Under the pieces are notes generated by a model. It saw only the letters and a program-made list of their open reading frames with translations, was not told the origin of the DNA and did not search any database. From the NCBI GenBank assembly GCA_963725665.1, contig CAVRZA010000006.1, positions 96,001-160,000 of the forward strand: a stretch of 64,000 nt of DNA, read 5' to 3'. This stretch comes from an uncultured Actinomycetes bacterium (GTDB lineage: Bacteria > Actinomycetota > Thermoleophilia > UBA2241). The translations under genes were made by a program, and so were the position numbers. Every line of letters starts with the position of its first letter. The first letter of the stretch is position 1. Below are positions 29,152 through 39,625 of this stretch, piece after piece.

Positions 29152-30372
29152 ATGGGTGGTTACGCGAAGGGCCCATTCGGTGTGGATTGGGAGGAGCGCA
29201 TCGATTTCACTCGGTTGAGGACCGACCGAGTCGACGCCGTCAAGAACGCACTGCGCACGTCCGAGTACGACGCCCTGTTGCTGTGGAAGGACGAGAACGT
29301 CAGGTATCTGACCTCGCTTCGAGCTCAGCTCATCGCTGGCAAGATGGCGGCCCTGAACGGCGTGCTGGTGACCGCGGACGCCGGGCCCATCCTCCTCTGC
29401 TCCGGTGGAGAGGTGGACAAGGCCAGGGCCGGCATGCCGTGGCTCGAAGGCATCCATGCCGTCCCGATCATGGAACAGCCCGAGCTTGTCGAGGGGTTCG
29501 TCAAGGCGACGCTGGCGCCGCTTCTGAAGGACCTGGGCGTCGCGGGTGGGCGGCTGGGCATGGATGAGGTCAACTTCTCCCTGATCGAGTCCATCAGGAT
29601 CAACGTTCCGGACCTGCAGCTCGCCAACGGGGACTCCCTCATGCAGCAAGTCCGGATCATCAAGACCCCCGACGAGATCGCCGTGATCGAGGAGGCCTGC
29701 GCCATCGCCGACTCGGTCGCCCAGCGGGCCATCGACGAGACCCGGGCCGGACGCCGGGAGTGCGAGGTGGCCGGTGACGCCATGCAGACGCTCTTCTACC
29801 TGGGCGGTGAGCTCCCCCACGTCCTCACGCCGTTCTTCGCGTCGGGGGAACACATGTCGCCACCACATCGGATCAGCACCGACAAGATCATCCGCAACGG
29901 GGACCTGTGCTTCGTCGACATTGGCGCCATGTGGAACGGCTACTACGCCGACATCGGACGGACGACCATCGCCGGTCGACCGACGAAGGTGCAGAAGCAG
30001 ATCTATACCGCGGTCTATGAGGGTCTGATGGCGGGCATCGCCGAGATGCGGCCCGGCAACACCAACTCCGGCGTCGCCGAGCGCATCATCGCCAAGGTCC
30101 GCGACCATGGGTTCGGCGAGCGCATGCTCAGCCTCTTCATCGGCCACGGCATCGGCATCGGAGCCAATGAGCCGCCCTACATCGGCGAAACGCTTCCCGG
30201 GTCCACGGCGATCGAGCTGAAGCCGGGAATGGTCTTCGCCGTCGAGCCTCTCGTCTGGGTGCCCGGCGTCCGCGGAGGGGGTGGGGTCCGCATCGAGGAC
30301 ATGATCCTGATCACTGAAGGCGAGCCGCAGGTCCTGTCCCGGGTCGAGTACGAAGAGCGACTGCTGGACTGA
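29152..30372 (+). CDS. M24 (Xaa-Pro peptidase/creatinase fold) metallohydrolase
   Basis: RBS AGGAGG. ENVRYL, RIIKTPDEI; metal ligands VDIG..YYADIGR, GHGIG, VEP, RIEDM. Confidence 0.88.
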   Translation: MGGYAKGPFGVDWEERIDFTRLRTDRVDAVKNALRTSEYDALLLWKDENVRYLTSLRAQLIAGKMAALNGVLVTADAGPILLCSGGEVDKARAGMPWLEGIHAVPIMEQPELVEGFVKATLAPLLKDLGVAGGRLGMDEVNFSLIESIRINVPDLQLANGDSLMQQVRIIKTPDEIAVIEEACAIADSVAQRAIDETRAGRRECEVAGDAMQTLFYLGGELPHVLTPFFASGEHMSPPHRISTDKIIRNGDLCFVDIGAMWNGYYADIGRTTIAGRPTKVQKQIYTAVYEGLMAGIAEMRPGNTNSGVAERIIAKVRDHGFGERMLSLFIGHGIGIGANEPPYIGETLPGSTAIELKPGMVFAVEPLVWVPGVRGGGGVRIEDMILITEGEPQVLSRVEYEERLLD

Positions 30373-30386
30373 GAGTCACATCACTC

Positions 30387-31361
30387 ATGGCCACCCCCCG
30401 GTCTGGCGTTCGGGGAAGTCTGTCGGGAGACGGCCTTCAGTCCGAAGGGTCTGCCGTGCTGCGTGGCCCGCTGGTCTATCTCGTTGGCGGCGCCACCGTC
30501 CTCATCTTCGGGATCAACTGGCCCATCATGGCGCGAGGCGACCAGATGATGCCCGCCATGTGGCTCGCGTCCTTCCGGCTGGTGGGCGCCGCCGCGATCG
30601 TCTTCGCCGTGGTGGCCGCGAGGGGCAGCCTCTCGAAGCTCAACCGGCAGGATGTGCCCGTGCTCCTGTCGGTGGGGTTGGTGCGCGTCGGGCTGGTGAA
30701 CGCCCTGGTGTTCAGCGCGCTCCGGTTCGTTCCGCCCGGCCGCGCCTCCGTCGTCGCGTACACTGCGAGCCTCTGGACCCTCCCGATCGCCGCCCTCTGG
30801 CTCGGGGAGAAGCTCACGCCGAGGCGGGTCGGGGGCGTTGCCGCCGGGTGCCTGGGGTTAGTCCTGCTCCTCGAGCCGTGGGCGCTCGACTGGTCCGATT
30901 CGCGGCTCATCGTCGGCCTGGGCATGTTGCTTACCGGCGCGGTGATAATGGCCGCCACCACGGTGCACATCCGCGGTCACCGCTGGCAGGCGACGGCCTT
31001 CGAGCTGATGCCGTGGCAGCTCATGCTGGGCGCCGTGCCCACGGTCGCGCTCGCCTGGATGCTCGAGGGGCCACCCGCCGTCGAGTGGAGTGCCGTGGCC
31101 GTGGCGATCATCGTCTTCCAGGTCGTGTTCGCCTCCAGCTTCGCCATGTGGGGGGAGCTGTCGCTCTGCCGCAGCCTGCCCTCGATCTCGGCGAACCTCT
31201 TCCTCATGGCGGTGCCCGCGATCGGGCTCGGCGCGTCCGTCCTCTGGGCGGGAGAGACACTCACCGTGGCGGCCGCCGCCGGGTTCGGCCTGATCCTCGG
31301 GGGAGTCGCCGTGGGGCTTCTTTCTCCGACGTCAGACGCCGTGCCGGCCCAGATGCCATAG
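30387..31361 (+). CDS. DMT/EamA family transporter
   Basis: About 10 TM helices; GINWP, R.VGAA, GRASVVAYT, LGEKLT, GETLT. Confidence 0.88.
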   Translation: MATPRSGVRGSLSGDGLQSEGSAVLRGPLVYLVGGATVLIFGINWPIMARGDQMMPAMWLASFRLVGAAAIVFAVVAARGSLSKLNRQDVPVLLSVGLVRVGLVNALVFSALRFVPPGRASVVAYTASLWTLPIAALWLGEKLTPRRVGGVAAGCLGLVLLLEPWALDWSDSRLIVGLGMLLTGAVIMAATTVHIRGHRWQATAFELMPWQLMLGAVPTVALAWMLEGPPAVEWSAVAVAIIVFQVVFASSFAMWGELSLCRSLPSISANLFLMAVPAIGLGASVLWAGETLTVAAAAGFGLILGGVAVGLLSPTSDAVPAQMP

Positions 31362-31434
31362 TCATCATGCGGTAGGCGCGCGAATGCGATAGGATGCATG
31401 ATGTCAAGTAAGTACGAGCGGGAGGGAGAAGGCG

Positions 31435-31749
31435 ATGCTCCGACACGTGGCCATGTTCAAGTTCAAGGAGGACGCCACCGAGGAGCAAAAGCGCGCCTCT
31501 CGAGACGCGCTCGCGAACCTCAAGGGGACGGTGCCCAGTCTGCGTGAGATGACCGTCGGCCGCAACCTGGAGCACGACCTCTACGACCGTGCGGTCTATC
31601 GGAACTGGGACATGGTCCTGGTGGCGGATTTCGACGACCTCGAGGGACTGCGCAGCTATTTCGCGCACCCCGTCATGAAGGCCGCCTCCGATCTCACCGC
31701 TTCGGTGACCCAGAAGGAGATCACGGCCAGGGTGCAGTTCCTGTACTGA
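31435..31749 (+). CDS. Dabb (stress-responsive A/B barrel) protein
   Basis: MLRHVAMFKFK, L...VP.L, G.N, DMVLVADFDD..GL..Y..HP. Confidence 0.85.
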   Translation: MLRHVAMFKFKEDATEEQKRASRDALANLKGTVPSLREMTVGRNLEHDLYDRAVYRNWDMVLVADFDDLEGLRSYFAHPVMKAASDLTASVTQKEITARVQFLY

Positions 31750-31841
31750 GAGTGCGGGCAAAAGGCGGAGGAGTCCAGGCAAGGGAATGGACGCCCCAGA
31801 GCAGCCCGGCGCCCCAGATTCACGCCTCGAGAGGAGACTCA

Positions 31842-32822
31842 ATGCCAATAGTCGACGTGCATGCTCACATCACCCCGCGCCGGTTCGTGGACGCAATCGA
31901 ACGGGACGGCCAGTGGCACACGCTCGGCCCCGACGTGGGCGAGCTTCACATCCCCAAGTTCTCGATCTCATCCGCCGAGCATGTGGCCGACCTTGACCGC
32001 CTCGAGGTCGACGTCCATGTCATCACCCCGAACACCGGGTTCTTCAAGTACAACCTCGACCCAGAGGTCACGCAGGCCATCGCTCGCGACGTCAACGACG
32101 CTCTGAGGGAGAGAGTGGAGGAGTATCCGGACCGCTTCTGCGCTCTAGCCACCGTGCCGATGCAGGACGTCCCGCGGGCCATCGCCGAGATGGAGTACTG
32201 GATGGCCGTGCCGGGCTTCAAGGGTGTGACCATCGGCGATCGCGTCAACGACCACGAGCTGGACGAGCCCCAGTTCCGCCCGTTCTGGAAAGCGGTGGAG
32301 GAGCTGGGCGCCTTCGTGTTCTTCCACCAGAGCAGTGACACGGTCGTCGAGCACCGCACGCAGCGCTACGGCCTCCCCAACTCCGTCGGCAACCTGACTG
32401 AACGGGCTCTGACCTTCGGCGCGCTCGTGTACGGCGGCGTCATGGACGAGTTTCCCGACCTCAAGATCTGCCTTGGCCACGCCGGCGGCTACGTGGCCTT
32501 CGGCATCGCTCGAATGGACAAGGCCTGGAGGGCGGGGGCCCTCCCCGTCATGCCCGAGTTCGACGATGCCAGGTCCTATCTGCGACGCCCGCCCAGCGAG
32601 TACCTGAGGAGCTTCTACTACGACTGCTGCACGCACTCAGAGGCGACGCTGCGCTTCCTGCTCGACACCGTGGGAGCCGACCGCGTCATGCTGGGCACGG
32701 ACTGGCCGTGCCCGATGGACCTCGACGACGCCGTGCCCTGGATCAGGAGCCTCAAGAGCCTAACGGCGGACGAGAAGGAGGCTATCCTCTCGAAGACCGC
32801 GACCGAGGTGCTGGGGCTCTAA
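31842..32822 (+). CDS. Amidohydrolase-2 family protein (ACMSD/LigW-like)
   Basis: RBS GAGGAG. DVHAH, ND, PDRF..LATVPMQD, FFH, HAGG, YYD, GTDWP. Confidence 0.88.
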   Translation: MPIVDVHAHITPRRFVDAIERDGQWHTLGPDVGELHIPKFSISSAEHVADLDRLEVDVHVITPNTGFFKYNLDPEVTQAIARDVNDALRERVEEYPDRFCALATVPMQDVPRAIAEMEYWMAVPGFKGVTIGDRVNDHELDEPQFRPFWKAVEELGAFVFFHQSSDTVVEHRTQRYGLPNSVGNLTERALTFGALVYGGVMDEFPDLKICLGHAGGYVAFGIARMDKAWRAGALPVMPEFDDARSYLRRPPSEYLRSFYYDCCTHSEATLRFLLDTVGADRVMLGTDWPCPMDLDDAVPWIRSLKSLTADEKEAILSKTATEVLGL

Positions 32823-32833
32823 AGCCGATCGGG

Positions 32834-33570
32834 ATGGGCCGCCTCACAGACGTCGTAGCCCTGGTCACCGGAGGCAACACCGGCATCGGTGACGCCGTGA
32901 GCCGCAGGCTGGCCTCGGAGGGCGCGCGCGTGGCTATCGGCTGGTTCGAAGACGAGAAGGGCGCCGTCGCCCTGGCGGAACGGCTTTCGGCTGAGGGATC
33001 CGAGCGCGTCGCTGTGTCGTGCGACGTGACCGGCAAGGAGTCGGTGAGCCGGGCGCTGGACCGCACCGAAACGGAGCTCGGGAGGATCGGCGCCCTTGTC
33101 AACAACGCGGGATCCTCAGCCGCGTCCCCTTCCTCGAGCTGGAGGAGGAGGAGTGGGACCGGGTCGTGCAAGTCTCGTTGTACGGGTCGTACCGGTTGTG
33201 CCGCCTCGCGCTTCCGCGGACAATCGCTCGCGGGGGTGGGACGATCGTCAACATCGCCTCGGAGCTGGCCTACCTCGGGGAGCCGCGCCTGGCTCACTAT
33301 GTCGCGGCCAAGGCCGGTGTCATCGGCCTGACGAGATCGCTCGCCAAGGAGTTCGGCCCGCATCACGTCCGGGGCAACGCGGTCGCGCCCGGTCCCACAG
33401 AGACCCGGATGATCGCCGGCATCACGCCTGAATTCGTGCGCAGCATCCCACTCCAGCGCCTCGGCACGCCGGAGGACATCGCCGCCGCCGTCGCCTTCCT
33501 TTGCAGCGACGACGCGGCCTGGGTCACCGGTCAGGTGCTAGGCGTGAACGGCGGCCTCGTGATGGTCTGA
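32834..33570 (+). CDS. SDR family oxidoreductase (frameshift ~33110)
   Basis: TGGNTGIG, NNAG | IVNIAS, YVAAK, NAVAPG, GTPEDIA, VTGQ...NGG. Confidence 0.85.
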
Positions 33571-34867
33571 TGCAGCTCGGGCGGGCGATCGGCCGAGAGT
33601 GGATCGGCCGGTTCGTCCTTCACCCCAAGTCCGCCTGCACCTAAGTCGATAGGCCGAGAAGTCTGGCATGAAATGCGCGAGAGCCACGATGCCGGCCGTG
33701 CAGGCGAGCCCGCCGAACACGATCGAGAACTCGGTGCCGAAGGCCGCCGCCACCGCGCCCGCCTCGAAGTTGCCGAGGCGCGGTCCGGCCTGGACCACAG
33801 CCCCATGGATGGCGGACAGGCGGCCCCGCAGCCGGTCGGGTGCCTCGGTCTGCAGGAGTGTGTTGCGGAACACCGCCGAGATCACGTCGGCCCAGCCGGC
33901 CACGGCCAGCATGAGCAGTGCGACCCAAAGCCAGGGAGAGAGCCCGAACGCCGCGATCGACAGTCCCCATACAGCGATCGCCAGGACGACGGCGCGACCC
34001 AGGCGAGAGACGCGGGTGGTCCAGCCCGAGAGCAGCGTGCCGACCAGGGCGCCGGCCCCGGGCGCGGCGTAGAGGTAGCCGAGAACCTGTGGGCCTCCGT
34101 GAGAATGTGACAGCGCAATGGCCGGAAAGAGCGCCGTGGGCATGCCCAGGATCATGGCGTTGAGGTCGGCCAGCAGGCAGCCCTGGATCGCATGGCGGCC
34201 GCGCAGATATCGAAGCCCCTCCAGGATCGAGCGCAGTCCGAACCTGGTCCCCCGCCCCTCCGGCAGCTGGCGCGGCAGCGCAAACGCCGCGGCGATGGCG
34301 GCAGCGAAGCTCGCGACGTCGAACCAATAGACGGTCGTCACACTGAAGCTGGCGAGCAGCAACCCGCCGAGCGCCGGGCCAAGAACGAGCCGCGATCTGC
34401 CCCTCGAGTTGGCGCAGCACGTTGGCGGCGATGAATGAGTCATGGGGAACGAGGTTCATCATGATCGCCACGCGGCCAGGCATATCGGCGCCGGCGAAGC
34501 CGGCGCCGACAGCGGCGAGCACATAGATCGCCCAGAGGCTCGGCTTCCCGCCGAGGCTGTTCAGCGCCAGGCCTACGCTGCACAGCGCCATGGCGACCTG
34601 GGTCACTACCAACATCCTGCGGCGGTCGACTGCGTCGGCCACTGAGCCACCGAGTAGCGAGCCGACGAGCGCAGGGGCGAGCTGGGCGAGACTTACGAGG
34701 CCGACTGCGAGCGACGAGCCGGTGAGAAGGTACACCTGGTAGAAGATGGCGACGACGGTGAGCTGCGAGCCCACTTGCGACACGGCGGTGCCGAGCCAAA
34801 GCCGCCGGAAGGCCGGGAATCGCCGAAGTGGCGCGAGGTCTACGATCGGGAGAAGTCTCAATTCCAC
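33538..34867 (-). CDS. MFS transporter, EntS-like (frameshift ~34400; 3' end uncertain)
   Basis: DLAPLR..FRRLW, GGSVADAVDRRR, then DLNAMILGMPTALFP, PDRLRGR, GPRLG. Confidence 0.8.
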
Positions 34868-35100
34868 GATATCGGCAACCGCTTGCCCGTGACGAGCCTT
34901 AAGAGCGACGCTCTGCAGCAGGGGTCTTCAGCACGAAGGGCGGTTCCAGGAGGCGGAAACATCCACCGACTGTCTCGTGATCAGTCACCGCGATACCGAC
35001 CCGTGTGCGACGTCGTCCTCACGCTTCTCATGAAGGACAGGGGACCCGACCCGCGGCTCACCGTGCAACGGCAGCTGTGAGCCGGGACAGGCGGCCCAGG

Positions 35101-36084
35101 TTACAGCCCCAGTGCTTGAGTGGCGTTGCTCGAAAGGATGGCCTCCTTCTCGACCAGAGTGAGGCTCTTGAGACCATTGACCCACCGGACCGCGTCGTCG
35201 AGGATCATCGGCGCCGGGTAGTCCGTGCCCAGCACGACTCGGTTGACTCCCACCATGTCGATGAGGAAGCGCAGCGACGGCTCCGAATGGGTGCAGCAGT
35301 CGTAATAGAAGCGCCCCAGGTAGTCGCTCGGCGGGCGCTGCAGGCAGGACGTCGCATCCCCGAGCTCGGACGTGCGCTCGAGTGCCGCCCCCGCATGCCA
35401 GCCCTTGTCCATGCGAGCGATGCCGAACGCCACGTAGCCGCCGGCGTGGCCGAGACAGAGCTTGAGGTCTGGATACTCGTCCATGACGCCACCGAACACC
35501 AGCGAGCCGAAGGTGAGGGCCCGATCGGTCAGGTTGCCCACCGTGTTCGCGAGGCCGTACCGCCGCGTGCGGTGTGCGACCACGGTGACGGTGCTCTGGT
35601 GGAAGAACACGAAGGCGTCCAGCTCCTCCGCCGCCTTCCAGAAAGGACGGAACCGCGGCTCGTCCCACATGTGTCCGTTGACGTGGTCGCCGACGGTCAC
35701 GCCCTTGAAGCCCATCGTCCTCATCGCGTACTCCATCTCAGAGATGGCTCGCGGGACGTCCTGCATCGGCAGCGTGGCGAGTGCACAGAAGCGGTCCGGA
35801 TACTCCTCCGTGTACTCTCTGAGCTCTTCGTTGCACTCACGAGCGATGATTGCGGTCAGCTCGGGGTCGAGCTCGTACCTGAAGAAATCCTCATTCGGCG
35901 TGAGCACGTGGACATCCACCTCGAGTGCGTCCATGTCGGCCACGAGGTCTGCCGGGGAGGCGTGGAACTTGGGGACGTGAAGCTCGCCCAGCTCGGGCCC
36001 GAGCGTGTGCCACTCGCCCTCGCGCTCGATCGCTCTCACGAAGCGCCGCGGGGTCACATGCGTGTGGACGTCGACGATCGGCAT
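35101..36084 (-). CDS. Amidohydrolase-2 family protein, close paralogue of 31842..32822
   Basis: MPIVDVHTH, EYPDRFCALATLPMQD, FFHQS, GHAGG, FYYDCCTHSE, GTDYP. Confidence 0.88.
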   Translation of the reverse strand: MPIVDVHTHVTPRRFVRAIEREGEWHTLGPELGELHVPKFHASPADLVADMDALEVDVHVLTPNEDFFRYELDPELTAIIARECNEELREYTEEYPDRFCALATLPMQDVPRAISEMEYAMRTMGFKGVTVGDHVNGHMWDEPRFRPFWKAAEELDAFVFFHQSTVTVVAHRTRRYGLANTVGNLTDRALTFGSLVFGGVMDEYPDLKLCLGHAGGYVAFGIARMDKGWHAGAALERTSELGDATSCLQRPPSDYLGRFYYDCCTHSEPSLRFLIDMVGVNRVVLGTDYPAPMILDDAVRWVNGLKSLTLVEKEAILSSNATQALGL

Positions 36085-36149
36085 CCCCTCTCCTCTCAAT
36101 GGCTCCCTGGGCTCGCTCCCGAAGGAAACGCCCGCCCCTGACTCTGGCG

Positions 36150-36845
36150 TCAGCCCGATGCCATCCGGTGCGTGATGCGCGCCGTCCACTCGTACAGCGT
36201 GGCCGCCTGCGCCAGCGCCAGCGCCTCCTTGTAGGCGGGGTGTTCCTGGCACGCTTCAACGTCGGCGAGCGCGCCGAAGTGGCCGTCGACGATGAGGTCG
36301 TAGGCTGTGGGGTTCGTGCTGATGTTGTCGCCCGTCACGAGTGAGCGCAGCGACGGTACGACGCCGTTCAGCGAACGGAAGGCCGCGCGTACGTCGTCCT
36401 TCTGCCGATTGGTGGCCTCGTCGCGCCACAGGAACAGCGATGAGTGACGGACCAGTCCCTTCTCGAGGCGAGGCGGTCCGTCGTACCACCAGTCGCAGCG
36501 AGCGGTCTGCTCCTCGCGGTCGACCGACTCGTTGTACACACCCACCTCATAATGCGCAGGATGCTGGTTGTACGCTTCCAGCCCCGCCTCGTCGTCGAAG
36601 TCCTCGTGCAGGGCCATGTCGTGATTGAACAACGGACCCGACCGCTGCGAGCGCCAGATGGGCCTGCGCTTCCACGGCTTGGTCTCGATGAGGGGACTGC
36701 TGCCACCGAGCAGGTCGGTGCCGAAATCGAGGCACCGTATGGTGGGACAGGCGTAGGCGAGGTAAGCCAGCCCCTTCAGCGCGATGAGCTTCTGCTCGTC
36801 GGTGGCGTGCTCGCCCCAGAGAAACAGCACGGTGTGTCTCAGCAC
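36150..36845 (-). CDS. Tandem two-domain Dabb barrel protein
   Basis: GTG start with RBS AGGAG. Domain 1 LRHTVLFLW...DFDD...YNQHPAH; domain 2 VRHSSLFLW...YDLIVD..F...EHPAY. Confidence 0.78.
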   Translation of the reverse strand: MLRHTVLFLWGEHATDEQKLIALKGLAYLAYACPTIRCLDFGTDLLGGSSPLIETKPWKRRPIWRSQRSGPLFNHDMALHEDFDDEAGLEAYNQHPAHYEVGVYNESVDREEQTARCDWWYDGPPRLEKGLVRHSSLFLWRDEATNRQKDDVRAAFRSLNGVVPSLRSLVTGDNISTNPTAYDLIVDGHFGALADVEACQEHPAYKEALALAQAATLYEWTARITHRMASG

Positions 36846-37010
36846 GACTGCTCCTTCAGCACGACTGCTCCTCGTCGCTCGATACTTGGGTGCCCCTTGG
36901 CCGAGGCGGCGCCGGCGTTCACGCCGGCGCCGCCTCGGTCGCGCACTTCCGTCTGGCCAGCGGGCCGCTGCCACTCAGCCGAGCGCGGCCGCTCGCAGGC
37001 GTGTCAACAC

Positions 37011-37709
37011 TCAGCCCGAAGCCATCTTGTGCGTGAGCCGGGCCGTCCACTCGTTCTTCGTTGCGGCCACCGCAAGCGCCAACGCCTCCTGGTAGGCGGG
37101 GTGCTCCGCGTAAGCCTTGACGTCGTCGAGGTCGTTGAAGATCGCGTCGACGATGAGATCGTAGTCCGTCACTAGGGTGCCGATGGTGCCGTCACCCGTC
37201 ACCAGGGACTTGACGGAAGGAACGGACTTGTTCAGCGAGCGAAACGCCTCGCGTACGTCGTCCTTCTGCGTATCGCTGGCCTCGTCCCGCCAGAGGTACA
37301 GCGCGACCTGGTGGATGAGTCCCTTCTCGATGCGCGGCGGGCCGTCGTACCACCAGTCGATCCGCGCCGTCCGTTCGGGGCGACACACCGACTCGTTGTA
37401 CATCCCTACCTCATGATGCACGGGGTCCTTGTTGTAGTCGTCCATGCCCTCCTGGTCGTCGAAGTCCAGGCAGAGGAGCATGTCCCAGTTGTACGGCAGA
37501 CCCGTCTCCCGCGCCTTCCACGGCGGCGTGCGCTTCCACGGCTTGAGCTCGATCATGGAGGTACTGCCCCCGAGCAGGTCGGTGCCGAAGTCCAGGGCTC
37601 GCACCGAGGGGCACCCATAGCTCATGTAGGCAAGCCCCTTCAGAGCCACCAGCTTCTGCTGCTCGCTGGTCGTGTCACGCCACAGGAAAAGCGCGGTGTG
37701 TCTCAGCAT
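37011..37709 (-). CDS. Tandem two-domain Dabb barrel protein, paralogue of 36150..36845
   Basis: MLRHTALFLW...DFDD...YNKDPVH; IHQVALYLW...YDLIVD..F...EHPAY; same C-terminus WTAR.TH.MASG. Confidence 0.8.
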   Translation of the reverse strand: MLRHTALFLWRDTTSEQQKLVALKGLAYMSYGCPSVRALDFGTDLLGGSTSMIELKPWKRTPPWKARETGLPYNWDMLLCLDFDDQEGMDDYNKDPVHHEVGMYNESVCRPERTARIDWWYDGPPRIEKGLIHQVALYLWRDEASDTQKDDVREAFRSLNKSVPSVKSLVTGDGTIGTLVTDYDLIVDAIFNDLDDVKAYAEHPAYQEALALAVAATKNEWTARLTHKMASG

Positions 37710-38521
37710 CAGAGCCTACTCCTTCTTTTGATGACCGCTTCGGCCTCTTCGGCGATGCGTGGATCGAGCTCGCGGCGACGGGCCTCCATGTCCTCGAACA
37801 CCCCCAGGATCTCCGCCTGCATGGCCGCCACCGCAGGATCATGCTGAAGGCGCGGGTACGGGAGCGTGTTCTCGTAGTCGGCGAAGTTCTTGCCGCCGTA
37901 GGCGACGATGATGATGCGGCCCGAGAGCTGCACCGCCTCCATCACGTCATGCGTGACGTAAAGGATGGTCTTCTTGGTCTTCTCCCAGACCTCCTGGAGC
38001 TCCTCTCTCAGGGTACGGGCGGTGATGGCATCCAGGTGACTGAACGGTTCGTCCATGAGGAGCAGGTCGGGCTCTACCGACAGTGCCCGGGCGATGCCGA
38101 CGCGCTGCTGCATGCCGCCCGACAGGTGCGCCGGATACATGTCCTCGAAGCCCGTGAGCCCGACGACGTCCAGGTACTTGTGCACCCTGGCTATCGTCTC
38201 CTCGCTCTTGTCGTCCTGGACGTACATGATGTTGGCCAGCACGGTGCGCCACGGCAGAAGCCTGGCGTCCTGGAAGACGTAGCCCAGACGCGCCGGTTTG
38301 CCGTCGTCGGTCGTAACGGTGACGCTCCCCGACGTCGGCGTCTCGACGCCCGACACGATGTTCAGGAAGGTGCTCTTGCCGCAGCCGGACGGCCCCACCA
38401 TGGACACGAAGGTCTGGCCGCTCATCTCGAAGCTGAGGTGGTCGAGTGCGCGGACGGTCGGCTGGTTCTTCGTCGGAGGCGGGAACTCCTTCACGCAATC
38501 CTTTGCTATGAGTACTGCCAT
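37709..38521 (-). CDS. NitT/TauT ABC transporter ATPase
   Basis: GPSGCGKST, VFQDARLLPWRTV, LSGGMQQR, MDEPF, VTHD. Confidence 0.92.
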   Translation of the reverse strand: MAVLIAKDCVKEFPPPTKNQPTVRALDHLSFEMSGQTFVSMVGPSGCGKSTFLNIVSGVETPTSGSVTVTTDDGKPARLGYVFQDARLLPWRTVLANIMYVQDDKSEETIARVHKYLDVVGLTGFEDMYPAHLSGGMQQRVGIARALSVEPDLLLMDEPFSHLDAITARTLREELQEVWEKTKKTILYVTHDVMEAVQLSGRIIIVAYGGKNFADYENTLPYPRLQHDPAVAAMQAEILGVFEDMEARRRELDPRIAEEAEAVIKRRSRL

Positions 38522-38566
38522 TAGTCGCCACTCCTCGGATTCACAACAGCTTCACGCTCTTTGTCA

Positions 38567-39607
38567 TCAGGTTCGAGTCGAGTCCGCGACCACCGTGCTC
38601 CCTTCGGCACGTTGCCGGCCGGCCCTCGCACCGCCGCCGAAGCCGCCGACTGCCCCGCGCCACCGGTGCACACGACGGTCGATCGTGCTGATGATCACCC
38701 GGTCGATGAACACGATGATGACGATCATCACGACGGCCCAAGCCATGAGGCCGTCGAAGTTCGCGCTCAGGTACCAGTCTCGCGCCTGAAAGCCGATGCC
38801 TCCGTTAGACCCGAACCACTCGACGAGAATGACGCAGCCCCATCCGGCCAGGACGGCGAGACGCACGCCCGCCACCAGCTGCCCGGCCATGGATGGAAGC
38901 GTTAGATTGCGGACCTGTCGCTGGAACGGCACGCGGTAGACGCTGGTCATATCGCGCAACTCGCGTGGGATGGCGAAGGTGCCCTGCAACACGTGCACGA
39001 TCAGTCCGGGCGTGGCCGAGACGATCACGGTGAAGATCGGCGCCTTCATGCCGAAGCCGAAGACCATGATGGCGAGCATGGCCCAGATGTAGGCGGGCAG
39101 GGCCAAGCCGATCGTCACCTGATCGGTGAAGTAGGCCTGCACCCTCCACCAGCGGCCCATCGCCCAGCCGACGGGTATTCCGACGAGGACCACGATGGTG
39201 AGCCCTGCCAGAGCCCGCCACAGGCTGATCAGGATGTTCTGCACCAGGTCGTTGTTCCAGGCGCTCCAGGCACCGTGATAGGGCGCCTGGAACTCCTTGA
39301 TCAGCGTCTCCACGGTCCCGACCGGAGTGGGGAACTTCTCGCTGGCCCCTCCTGCGATCTGCCAGGCGATGAGGATCACCAGCCACGAGGTCCACCGCGC
39401 GCCGCGATCGCTGGTGATGGCGCGCCAGATCGCGTTGCCGGTCTCCGGAGCCGCGGCGGGCTGCAGTTCGTCGACGGCCATTGTGTCGGCCATGCTGGCC
39501 GGCATCTGGGCGTCGCCGCCTTCCCACTTCCAGTCCTCGAGATTCCTGGCCGTGTCGACGGGTTCGACGCCTTCTTCCACATCGACCCGTCTGTCCTCAT
39601 CCGTCAC
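38567..39607 (-). CDS. NitT/TauT ABC transporter permease
   Basis: SLWR, GIPVGWAMG, LPSM, GVRLA, VEWFG..GGIG. Confidence 0.88.
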   Translation of the reverse strand: MTDEDRRVDVEEGVEPVDTARNLEDWKWEGGDAQMPASMADTMAVDELQPAAAPETGNAIWRAITSDRGARWTSWLVILIAWQIAGGASEKFPTPVGTVETLIKEFQAPYHGAWSAWNNDLVQNILISLWRALAGLTIVVLVGIPVGWAMGRWWRVQAYFTDQVTIGLALPAYIWAMLAIMVFGFGMKAPIFTVIVSATPGLIVHVLQGTFAIPRELRDMTSVYRVPFQRQVRNLTLPSMAGQLVAGVRLAVLAGWGCVILVEWFGSNGGIGFQARDWYLSANFDGLMAWAVVMIVIIVFIDRVIISTIDRRVHRWRGAVGGFGGGARAGRQRAEGSTVVADSTRT

Positions 39608-39625
39608 GAAGTCCTCCTCGGATCC

